64,000 nt of DNA from Balanoglossus misakiensis (taxonomy: Eukaryota > Animalia > Hemichordata): positions 310,001 to 374,000 of the forward strand of contig CM082577.2 of the NCBI GenBank assembly GCA_040954595.2. Direction: 5' to 3'. Shown here piece after piece: positions 52,031-64,000 of the stretch. Numbering within the stretch: the stretch's first letter is position 1; every line of letters begins with the position of its first letter. The notes below the pieces were generated by a model. It ran no database searches and had not been told where the DNA came from. It saw nothing but the letters and a program-made list of their open reading frames with translations. The translations under genes and the position numbers were made by a program.

Positions 52031-54749
52031 CTTTTCAATAAAGCCCATTGTTCAAGGACACCATAACTATTGCCCTCACAGTGAAATAAAAACCTTCAAA
52101 TTTCTTGCCCTGAACTTTCTTTAATTAAGCAGACTATGGCAAACTTTTTCTGTAAATTAAATTACTGTTTATGCAAAAGTGTTGGTAAGTGGACAAATTA
52201 CTGGAAATGGAATTCATTCAAAATATCCTCTAAGCTCTTTTGATAATGTGGACAATTTTTTCAAATATTGAGTGGAAGCACAAAACATATAATTTAATTG
52301 GTATGGCCCAGCAGAAGATGATATGGGCTTGGTAAAAACGAAACTGTCTTTCTGTCATTCATTGCATTCTTCGCAAGTTCATACATGTACAAATTGGTCA
52401 GTTAAAACATTAAATATTTATTTTGTTGCATCGAATTTGTTGATTTTAGTGAGAACTTAAATTTTACAATGTATTGAGGACTTTTAAGTCTATCACTATG
52501 TAAAATGATGCATCAATGTAGAGAGTAATATGTCCAGCAAAACATGAGAATTGTAGTACAATGTATGGTAGTTTCTGTTTCGGTATGTCACGCACAGTGA
52601 TATCCTAGTTTTATACGTTTTATTCATCAACTATTTTTAAAACTATCCCGCAAGATGTAAATCTGTTTAGTACACAGCTGGGCATTTGATGTTGCAATAA
52701 AAGAAATGACCTTACAAATCGAGCTATATATTGTACAGACTAAACAGATGAGACACATAAATCTTCCAATTTATTTAGGTTGATAGCATCCCATTTTAAA
52801 AATAGTAAAGTGCTTACAATATAACAGATGTTTTTCTGTTTGATGGGAGCATATAGCCTTGGTCTGATCATGTACAGCTAGGTACATCTGCTCTAGGGCT
52901 TGCCCTGTTGATCCAATGTTAAACCTGTGCAGAAAAGTTGTTTTCTAGGCTTTGGAAATATACCCCGGTACATAGACTGTTCCCAAACTGGTTTTATATC
53001 AGATAAGAAAAGTTCAGTTGAAATAACTATGATGTGCAAAGTCCCCCTGTCTGGTTAATATGGCCGCTACATGTAATTGTAATCTCATCCTTTGTCACAT
53101 TTGGGTGGAACCAAACCGACAGATGGAATTGCAGACAGCCTGAAGCAGAACCGCATTGTTCTACTGATGACTATGAGTCGTGTGTAAATTCTTGTTTCTA
53201 TCTTTAGTAGAATCTGAGAAACTTTTAGGCTAGGGGGTGTCTTTTGTAGGACATGTGGAATTCCGCAAGCCAACAATTGAAAACCTAAAATCTATGTGGG
53301 TGGGGGAAAGGGGCAACTGGTAGGGAGACAGGCCAGGGACCAGAAAGAATTACCATTTTATACAGTGGGACAATACATTTAGGTGATTTTTGCTTTCATC
53401 ATTTTGCAGTTTTTCGTAAAGTTTGATCTGCCAAAAAAGGGAATCACAATTTGTACACAGAAACAGTAGTACAATTTATGGCAGACAATTCGTGTGGTGG
53501 TAACATTTGTCGCAATCTGCTCAAACGTTCAGTCACAATCGGCAGTTTTGTTTACAAACGTGACCAAGGTTTTTAAACCACACTGGAATGACTGTTTTAT
53601 CCGATGAGAATATGACATTCTCAGGAAAATACACAGCGGATAGACTCATGGATGAAGAGAATGATCAAAATATGGTGTTAGCCCACCTACCTTTGATCTG
53701 CTATAGATATATTGTGAGCTCCGATATCTAAATTTGACTCATAATATGCGGCTGCATAATTTGCATACGAGCAGATGTGGTCTTTTTTGCATTTTGATGT
53801 GAATCTAAACCTGCATCACCAATTTCTGTTGAATTTTTTTTATTTTGTTGGAGATTGCCATACTTGTAAGTAAGTGATCAGGGTAAAGTGCCTACTATTG
53901 ACATTTAGGCTGTTTTATATTATTCTTCTACTAGGCACTATGTTTGTCTCGCCAACAAAATGTCAGAAATTTAATACCTGGATATAGCTATTATGTAAAA
54001 TTCAAATGCCTTTGTGTAAAATTCTGTGTTAATTTCAATACGACCATTAATTAAAAGCAGACAAAATGCCTTCGGTAGATTTGCAAACATAATTCTAACA
54101 CATAATCCTGTTTGTGATATTAAAAGAAATTATCACAACACATAATGATATATACACATATATAAAGCCTGAGATCATTGGTATGTTCTAGTTGCATTGG
54201 TACATTCTTATGTTTGGGGGTTAATATTCTACAATAGATACTCAATACAACTATGTCTATGTTTGAATTGTTGAGCCAGAAACTGCTTCAAAAATTGGTT
54301 TAAATTTTCACGTATATGTTTTCAATCCTTGGTGACAGCTGTAAACATTTTGATTGTGAAAAATTTGGGGGGAAGGGGCATGGATTATACTTAGAGCATA
54401 CCAAACAATATTGTGTATATATTTATAAACCATTTGGTGTAGTGAGACTGCATCTAACTGTACATGTACATGTTTCCATTTAGGATTACGGTAACCTTGC
54501 AGACTCTGCATGCTCATGTTTCAGATGCCTGGTTTAATCAATCATCAAATTTCTGCAAGTGACTCCCATTTTGTGTTAATTATGTGGAAAGTGATACCAT
54601 ATTTGACCTGGCAATACTTTGTACAGTTGTACATGCTTGCAGCACTGGTCTGTTTTTACATAGACCAAATTTTAATGTACAACCTGTTTTGTTTAATTAT
54701 TTGATCCAGTTCCATGCAGGCAAATTAGCAGCGGTTCTATAATCCAGTC

Positions 54750-57700
54750 ATGGAGTACTACAACACAGCGGCCATGGAGGATTACGAGGCGGAACTTCAA
54801 GAGTCCGGGACAAACAGGACAAGCAGTCACTCCCACCACGAGATGCCCCCGGATAACTTGGGACATGGTAAGTTCGTCAGCATGTGGCTGTAGGCTGGAC
54901 ATTTTTGTCCTTGTATCAACTGGACCAGCTAATGGAGTTTTGTCTTTATTCTGTCAGGCACATGGTACATATTTGCACACAAAAGTTCATTCACTATAAC
55001 AGGTTGTTGGCAACCTATTAATTAAGATTCTGGCAGAATTACTTTGGGCTGTTGTGGCTGCACCAGAGCACATCATGCAAATATTCAAACCACCAATGCT
55101 GGTCAACCTGAGTGGACAGATTTAGAAACTCAGGGTCTGGTCGAGATCCTTGACCCTTGTTTTGTCAGAAGTCCACCATCTTTCCTGTAGTGCACTGCAG
55201 TGAACTGTCAGGCTAGTCTGACAACCACAGCAGGAGTGCACAAGTGGAAAAAAAAGTGATAAGTATCTCACAACATAGGTACAGGTTACAGTGACATTCA
55301 GATGACCTCACCTTGTTTTAAGGATGTCCGTAGAATGTAGATACAGGCCACTACAGTTCACAGGTACAGTACATAGTACAGTGTTATCATACTTTCAAGC
55401 ATTGGGGCTAAACACACTAGTCTGATACGTGTGATGATTTGAAGCGAACACAAGTACATGTATGTAGTGGTGGTGGCAGTAAATTGATCGGGACCAGTTT
55501 CCGACGTCACAAGTAACAGGATATGTCAGATTAGTCATAAAATATTGAGTGATTAAACCAAATAATAATGAATTGATGCATTTGAAAACTTGTGCAACCT
55601 GTTTGCAACAACTACATAATAATGATCTTTTTTATTTTGACATAGAATTTCCATTTATACATCAAATGTCGAAATGCAAAATATATAACTGACATAGACA
55701 TATGGTAGAATATTCTGGTATTTAAAAAAAAATCAATACTTTGCTGGGTTTTTTTATACATGTATGTACCGTACTGTGGGTACGGTACTCATTGACTGGA
55801 TATCATGTTGAGTATAGCTTTCCTCAAATGACTAAAGTGATCCTGGCAATGTTGTGAGTCAGTTCCTGGTTCGCTGAACGCCAGTGTTTGCTCTGCCCAG
55901 CGGAATCGCAATTGTGACCTTGCATTGATATGCAAATTAGAAATAGACACAAGGGTAGTAATCTAATGAAGCTGGTGGTCTCTGGTGTTTGAGCCCATAA
56001 CAAAAAATCAGCTGGGAGTTGTTCAACCTGCCGGACTGTCAGAAATATAATTACCGTACCCTTATTCAATGTTGTCAGCAACAGAGTTATGGCCAGCAAC
56101 AAGCCAAAGTTTGACAACTGTAAGTAATTTTTCATATCAGTCTTTGGAATCGGTCAACGATTAACAGAATGTCTAGTTTGCCATTGTCTTCTGTTGTGTT
56201 TTGTGTGTGGAATACTGTGAGTGTGAGATAATTGAATTTTATTGTTTGAAAATTCATGACAATATGATATGGGTCAAACAAATGGGGAGAGATTACACTA
56301 GGATCATAATTGTGAAATATGTATAAATGTGTTTCAGCTTAAAGTATGATATCAGTTATTTGTTTTACATAACAGACTCTGAGATAACAACTCTATGTTT
56401 AAGCCAGGACAATAAAATCAAACAATATGTATCGGCTGGAGAGATATGAATATTTTCAAAACAATTTCTCGGCTAAATCTGGCTGGAGAGGTTGATCCTG
56501 GTATATTTGGGACATATCAGGATTTATGTCGTGCATTTCTTTCATAATCTCCAGTTCCACTGCCTAAATCTTGTAGAAACTGGCAATATTTGACTTGTTT
56601 TTAAATGAAAAAGTCTTGTAGCGTTGTTTAATTGTTGACGATAAAATTTAAGTCTGGAATTATTTGATTTCCTACATACAAAAACACTTTCACTGCCATG
56701 GTTGATTTCTGTGGTATGTTTTGACCTCTAATGAGAGAACTGGGTTGAAAGAGTTAATGTGGTTTAAGTGAAGTGATTTGGTTTGGTAGTGAGTCTGTTC
56801 TAAAATGGAACTGAAGTCTTGTATTATTTATTTATTTGCTGATGAACCAACAGGTTGCCCCAATGACATGTTCGTTTTAATAAAATTATAACAGACAAAT
56901 CTTAAGGTCATTAAAGTTTGTTTAGCAGGACATGCATCAGTCAAGGTCAACTGATCTTAAGTACATATACTTCCTACCAGGAGGTGGTCAAACTGGGTCA
57001 CCCAAGCCATTAGAAACACAGCCTGGTTTAAACTTCTGTGGCATGCAAACAGTGTTATGTTGACATTTAATACTTCAGGGAATTTCTGATCAGACATATG
57101 CCACATAGATTGCAGTGTTCCACACGTGATTATACTCGTACACAGATCCAAATTTCCTCATGTCTGTGTAGCTAGATTGGCACCAGGAAAAAAATTGAAT
57201 TTTATTGAAATATTTGTAGATTTACAGATATTGGTTTGATTGTAAATGACTTCCACTTATGTCTGCTTTTTGTTGTTGAGATATATGTATTCATCCAACT
57301 GATGTCAACTACCAGTATCATTGTGTACACATGATATATACCATGATTTATAATTTTTATGCTACTATATCAAGTTGTTCACGTCACACATGCACTGGTT
57401 TGACAGGCATTAATACTTCCCCATCCCCACAACAAAAACTTTATATAAAGAAGAAATTATTGCATATGTGCATAGAGTCTCAGAAAGTGGTTAATCCCCC
57501 CCCCCAGTCAGTCGGTGTAGTACATATAGACACGTTTTAGTTTGATAGTAAAATCATGGACCTTTAGTTTTATAAAAAAAACAGTCTTCGTAAGGATTTA
57601 CTGGTAACATTAGAATAGAGTTTCCATAATGGTCTCCCACTCGAGCCTGAATGCAATCACTATGTGACAGAAAATTGCTATCTAATGACCTCAGGCTGAA

Positions 57701-60700
57701 CAAGCATGCAGGTCAATGCACATCCTTTTAACTAACTTTAATTGTGTTGTAGCTGACACCAACTTCTGCAAATCATGATAAAACACTTCCTGTCTCTCTC
57801 CTGTAATCAATAAATTATTTGGAGAACATTTTAAGTACCCAGTCCGTAAATTATCTCCAATGAAAAGCACGTAAAAAGTTCTAAAAATTGCCCCTTTGTG
57901 AAATATTCTGTGAAGTAATGATGATTGTGTTGTTTCCTCTGCAGTCAACCCCTACTTTGAAGATGACACTATCCGGCCGGAGAACGCACCCAGCCGACAG
58001 CAGTCGCAACAGTCTCAGCCGGGAATCAACAGACACAAACGTGCAACATCCATGGCATCCAGTGCGTCGTATCATTCCGATGATGATGATGATCCAGATG
58101 ATGTTGTCGAACAAGAAATTCTGGCCTCAAGTCTGAAAGATCCCCACAGTGTGTTGGACTTGTTGCCCAGTAGACAGTTAGGTAAGACTGGGAATGTACA
58201 GTCTAACTGAGGCAAGATTCTATGGCAGCATTTCAATATAATTTAAAGGAAATATTTTTGAAATATTAAAATATGGAAACATGATTATTAAGTCGTAATA
58301 AAAAAACCAGTGAGTACACAACAGATTTTGTTCAATCCATCGATGATTCCACCACAGGTACAACTCTGGCGGCCGTGAACAGCAGTGACACATGGCTCCG
58401 AAAAAGGAAAAGTCAACGTAACACACTGTCTGTGAAGAGAGGGCGCGGGGACAGTAGTACCGCGGTGGCCGTAGAGCGTATCACTGCCAATGAAGACATG
58501 ACGGGCACCTCTGCTTTGGCCGAAGTCAGGAGAAGAAACACCATCAAAAGTATTCCGGGGAGCATTGAGACAAAACGAAGAGTTAGGTGGGTATTCAAAT
58601 TGTTCAAGTTCAAAATATTTTGTGATCCAGAAGTGCCACTTGGTGGTGCTAGAAAACGATCATTGAAAACACAGTTTAGCACCAGAACCAATCATCACTT
58701 CTCACACGAAACACATTGAAAAAATGTCAACAGACAGTGAATTTTTGGAGTTGAGCTGATATCACATCATGTTTTCTACAGAGACAAGGTTCAGAGAAAG
58801 AATCGGAAGAGGAAAGACAAATCAGTCGGGTGTTTTACACTCCTTCTCTACAACATTGGAATGGTAAGTCTTGTATGAAGGGAAAGGCTTCGTGCCTTTA
58901 CATTGCATTGACCATTTGACAATATTTATAAATATTTCCAAGCACAATTGTTCAAATTGTGATTTTTATGGTTGCAGGGTTGGCAGAGATTCAAGAACCG
59001 AGTGGAGAGTTTTTTTTACTCCATCGATCTGTGGGGAGGACACATCAAGAAGATTGAAGGCAACTTTGGCAGTGGCGTGACGTCTTATTTCACATTCCTT
59101 CGATGGCTTCTCATCCTCAATCTTCCCGTCTTTCTTTTGAGTCTCAGCTTTGTCACCGTGCCTCAGTGGGTGTATCAACCCAGTGTCACAGTGAATCAGG
59201 CCCAGTTCTCGGGATGGGATCTACTCACAGGAATGGTGAGTTAATTCTAATGATGTCAGTGTGTTTGCTGCAGGGTTGAAGACATGTCAGTGAAGTGTCA
59301 GAGCCTAATATGTAGTCATGACCCTGGATGAGTTGCAGATGGTGTGTAGTCCATCACACAGACGAGGGTAATAATTATTTTTCTAGTATCATTGGTCTGA
59401 TAATTTTTTGTCCTTTGTAATTTCAGGGCTGGTTGACAGAAACCGAGTTGTACTACGGTTACTACACCAACGAAACATTTTCTGTCATTCCTGGTCATTA
59501 TTACAACATGCCGGTGTCGTACCTCTTTACATGTGGTGGCTACTCTATATTTATATTAATTGCCGTACTCTACAGGTTAGTGTCCCCCCCCCCCCCCCCT
59601 TCTTTCCTGGTTTCAGGAATATTGACTGGTGAACTACTGTGTATCCCAAATAGCCACCACTAACAATCCAATCACCATTTTTTCCCCAATATCTTCATCA
59701 CACAGCATGTCCAAGGCATATCGACAATACTACATCGTGGGGAGAGGCGACTTCAACTATTACATCACCAAAGTATTTTGCAGTTGGGATTACAATATCA
59801 CGGCCAAGAAGTCTGCCAAGCTTAAACATAAAAGCATTTACCTGGAGTTAGCTGTGAGTACAGTCTACAGGGTTTTTTTTTTACATTTGCTTAATACTTC
59901 ATGTCCCTGTGTGGCAAATTTAAGGAAAAAGAAATTTTATGTTGTTCCTGGGTTCTATGCTTTCCATTACTGATTCTGTTTTTCTGTTTATATCCAGGAG
60001 CAACTATCCACGCAACATGCCAAAGAGGCTTACACAAAACTGCAGACGTGTGGGATATGGTTGGGTCGACTGTGTTCCAATCTGTTTGTTCTGGCGCTGA
60101 TAGCTGGAGCATGTGCTGGGGTCATCATAGGCTACCAAAGGAACATTGATGATGTATGTAATTTAGTTCAACAGACATTTTCTTGTTGTACTGAAGGGTT
60201 CCTGTGATAATTTTCACGTGTCAGAACTTTTCTGAAGTATTAACGTAAAAATGCATTTTTCATGTACACCACAATGAAACCCATGGAGCAGTTACTCATG
60301 CATTGCATGTTTATTCTGTTACATTATCCCTGTTCTGTAAAGCCACTGCACTGTTATTATTGATACATCCTCGCTGTTTTCATGGTGATGCTACTCACCA
60401 ATAGAAAGCAGTAAGTACACATCAGAATAATGATGGTCATTTTAAGAGAGATGTTGTGACTGATTCTAACTGGACATTTATTCATTTTTGCATATGAACA
60501 CAGAGACTGGAAGATCAGACATTCAGTGTTTTAATCATGCCCTTGATTATCTGTGGCTTGGATCTTCTTCTGCCCCCTGTCTTTGGTTTTGTCAGCAACT
60601 ATGAAGGATATCGCAGTCCCCGTGTCAGACTCTACATCACCATGGCAAGGTAAGACACAGTTTATATTCTTTATTTCTTGTGACTGAGTTCATCAGCCTT

Positions 60701-63700
60701 TTCATTTGATATTTTTTGAAAAATAAAATGTCATTCTCCCTACAGGACCATTTTATTGAAGGCTGCTTTGTTAGTCGTGTTGATTCACTTCTGGCTGGAG
60801 AGATCTAGCTGTGGAGAATCCAACTTTTTTGCTGGTAAGTGAAAAAAAAGTTTCCTTTTATAAGAAAATAAAATATCAATTTCAGGTTTGCCCTTTGTGA
60901 AATATATGCTCCCTGGATGGGAAGATTTTGATTGTATTGTTTAATTTTATTCAAAAAAATCATTTCTGTTTGCTTAGAATATTTACAAGATGACTCAACA
61001 ACAGTTGCGCCGAATGCCATGACAACTGTACCTATGACAACAGGAAGCAGCAACGGAACCTCTGACAGTACCAATGGAACGTCCAGTGGTGAATGTGTAG
61101 TCGAGGTGAGTTATTTGGAGGGCCAGACAATGCATCAGTGATAAAAAGTGAAATGGCAACAACTGTAAAAACCATCTGCTCATCTTTAAATTGATCACAA
61201 GTAAACTAAAATGCTGGAGTACTGATATTTCAGTTTTGCTGACAAGTTGCTAATCTCAAGAAATTCCCTCTCATGACATATGCTGTAGGCGATCAACCAT
61301 CTGTTGTTTCTTTCTGTGCACAGAGGTCAAAGGTTATCTGTGCTGACAGCTTTAGAAATGTAGATATTAACAGTATTGTAGTAATGTTGTGTGTTGTTTT
61401 CATTGCAGTGGTGCTGGGAGACAGAATTTGGACAGGAGCTTTACAGGCTCGTGGTCATAGACTTCATATTTTTGTTGTTGACTTCGTTTTCTGTGGAGTT
61501 TCTAAGAAGGTAGGGGAAGTTGAATTTATTGCGGAACTGCAACTTTTCTGCTGATTTCATAGCATTATACTTTACTTTTACATTAGATGTTCAATGACAT
61601 CACTTCAGATCTTACATTTAATTTTCTTGTTGTATTCGACAGGATTTTCAGTGATTACTGCTGTAAATCTTGGAGCAGACCAGAATTTGACATTGCCAGG
61701 AATACAATGGAACTCATCCAAGCACAGGCGCTTACATGGTAAATGCAATCAATCTAGTAATCCTCCAGTCAGTCTGGAGATTAGAGAGAAAGCCGAGAAT
61801 AAATGATTTTGTATCCTGCGATTTCATTCAAGAAAATGTTTTTTTCCCCTATTTCCTGGATTTAATACAATCACGTACACTCCTGCAACAAATGTTTGAA
61901 CTATGGCACACTAGACTGACAAAGCTCAACTTTTGCCCATTCAAACCAATACCATTCTCTGTCATACAAGAAATGGCAACTGCCAAATTGTACTTGACCA
62001 ATATACATGATATAGCACAGTTTAGTTCAAGGGATAATTCATTGCACTGGACATAACAGAGAACTATTGGCATGTACTAGATATATTCCTGAGATCCCAG
62101 CATCCAGTAATTCTTAAGGGGCGACACTTATTGTAATGCAGACACATACTTGCTGTAGTTACTGCTTTCAATATGATCATCTAGGCCTTGACACACCCAA
62201 GTCTTTGGGTTTCAATAGACACCATCAAATAAGTCCTCCTTCCAAGGTCTTCATAGTCTGATTCCATTTTCTCGCTGTACACTTGGATTCTCAGCGCCCA
62301 TCAAGCGTGTCCAAAAGGTCACAGGGAGTGTCGTTGTCTTTGTATCTTGTTCTCCAACCTGCATTGTACTGTATGTATGCACACATACAGTGCCTGTATG
62401 AGGGGAACATAAATATGTACACCTGAAAGTTTTCTGGCAAAAAATCAGCATTTCACCTGTGTTCTGTATGTACCGGTACAAGTGCCTTGTGCAGCAAATG
62501 TATTGGTATTCAGTGGCAGTGCGTCTAGTGTAACAATGATCACTCAGCTTTCAGACAAGTGATCAGAAATCCACCCCCGGAATCCACCCTATGTGTTTCA
62601 GCCAGTGAATGTTTGTTTTACGGGCACTCTACAAATGAACAAGGGATTCCGTAATCAAGGAACTATACTTCTAAAATCTTCTAAGTCAACCCGCTTGCCT
62701 TTCCTTTAATTCAATTACTCCTCCATGTGTGTACAGACCGTTCAAGTATGCATGCTGAAACAATTTCTAACAATGTTTGCCAACCGTTCACTAACTGCTC
62801 TTTCTGTTTTGTTACAGGCTTGGTATGTTCTTTGCTCCACTGCTAATAGTCATTTGCATATTGAAACTGGTTGTTCTGTTCTACGTGAAAAGGGTAAGGA
62901 CTTTGTTGCAGTCTTTTCAGAGGGCGATCCATTATAATAGCAAAGTAAGAGATGTCTTGCAGTCCAGTAAACCAAGCACTGGTCCAAGATGATTTATCAA
63001 TACGTGTACTTCTTCACTGTAAATATTGTTTCTATGCTAACTGTACTTACACCCCAATTAATCATTGTGAATGAATTTCATTTGTTGCCATTTCCCCCCA
63101 CAGTTTAGTGTGATTTCAAATTGTTCACCGTCTTTGAAACCCTGGAGGGCTGGTAGGACCACCACTGTCTTTATAGGAATGCTCCTTCTCATGTTCTTCA
63201 TCACAGCTGGGTCACTGTTGTACACCATTGTGAGGTAGGAATTACAAAGAAGTCATAGAATGTTCAATATTACTGATCACACATTCTGAAATAAAGGTTG
63301 ATATGGGCATAGGTGACCATATGAGTTCAATTCTCAAACTTGATAATCAGATACATTTGAATAACAATTCCATTTCAGGGTTGCACCTTCCAATGTCTGT
63401 GGTCCCTTTCGTCACCTGCAAAAGATATATGATGTGGTGTTTATTTTATTGGAAGACTGGGCATCGAGTGAAACACTCAACTGGATTTACTCAATCATTG
63501 ATGTCATTGCTTCCCCTGGCTCCATCTTGCTCTTCATCATCATTCTCTGGTAAGTCCGTCAAATTGATGTCATCGTTAATTGTCCATGCTGACTTATTTC
63601 ATTGATTTCAAGTCAGTGATGCTGTACATATATATAAATGTCTGTAGTTCCTACCTCAAATTTGAAGTTTGAACACAAGAGGGCAGCAGACTAAAGTCCT

Positions 63701-64000
63701 GGGGGAAATTCACAAATCCCGAAAACCAAAGAAGAGATTCTAAACCACTGAAGCATTTTTAAAAGTCATATTACCCTTTTAATGTATTATCCTCAAAACC
63801 ATTTTTGTCCACACTTGCAGTCTGGGTGTGTACTACTACAACGCCATCGCAAAAGGAAGTGAGCAACAGATGAATAAACTGCGCTACCAAATCAGCGTGG
63901 AAGGCAAAGACAAGATGTTCCTGCTGCAGATGCTGCAAGACAGAATTAAACTTCTTCCCAGGGATGAACAGCTGGAGTTTAAGGCCAGCTTGACCAGAGC
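54750..64000 (+). CDS. Transmembrane channel-like protein, TMC5/TMC6-like (subfamily B); 3' end beyond the window (>830 aa)
   Basis: Exons 54750-54867, 57945-58181, 58358-58586, 58782-58863, 58978-59235, 59427-59575, 59706-59853, 59998-60153, 60504-60649, 60746-60834, 60978-61105, 61409-61509, 61643-61738, 62818-62893, 63104-63234, 63379-63549, 63821-(64000); phases consistent. Motifs IEGNFGSGVTSYFTFLRWL, CWETEFGQELYRL, EFDIARNTMELIQAQALTW, KPWRA, PSNVCGPFR, EGKDKMFL; EFDIARN and EGKDKMFL are TMC5/6-like. Confidence 0.92.

Noticed and set aside
1-64000. CRISPR arrays, rRNA/tRNA genes, U12-type introns, selenocysteine or stop-codon readthrough
   Set aside because: None seen. All modelled introns are GT-AG without the U12 donor consensus, and I saw no convincing in-frame extension after the TGA stops I checked. 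Small ncRNAs cannot be excluded without an Infernal/tRNAscan search.

Overview
Intron-rich, AT-rich animal genomic DNA, probably a marine invertebrate deuterostome (inference; not identifiable from sequence alone). I rebuilt seven spliced genes by hand from GT-AG junctions and reading-frame phase: a small ankyrin-repeat gene (+), a vwkA-like VWA-domain gene (-) carrying a 1-nt frameshift, SPSB3 (+), EME1/2 (-), MRPL27 (+), a TMC7-like channel gene (-) and a head-to-head TMC5/6-like gene (+, truncated by the window end). The strongest signal is gene order. SPSB3><EME<>MRPL27 combines the human EME2/SPSB3 (16p13.3) and MRPL27/EME1 (17q21.33) pairs, and the divergent TMC pair mirrors human TMC6/TMC8, so this may be an unduplicated ancestral block. 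Other points: an N-terminal CUE-like domain plus SIM-like motifs on EME1, phase-compatible alternative first exons in SPSB3 and the TMC5/6-like gene, X-box motifs in the ankyrin gene, and short TTAA-bounded MITE-like repeats. I found no rRNA, tRNA, CRISPR array or intact transposase. Most ORF-track entries are antisense shadows or exon read-through.
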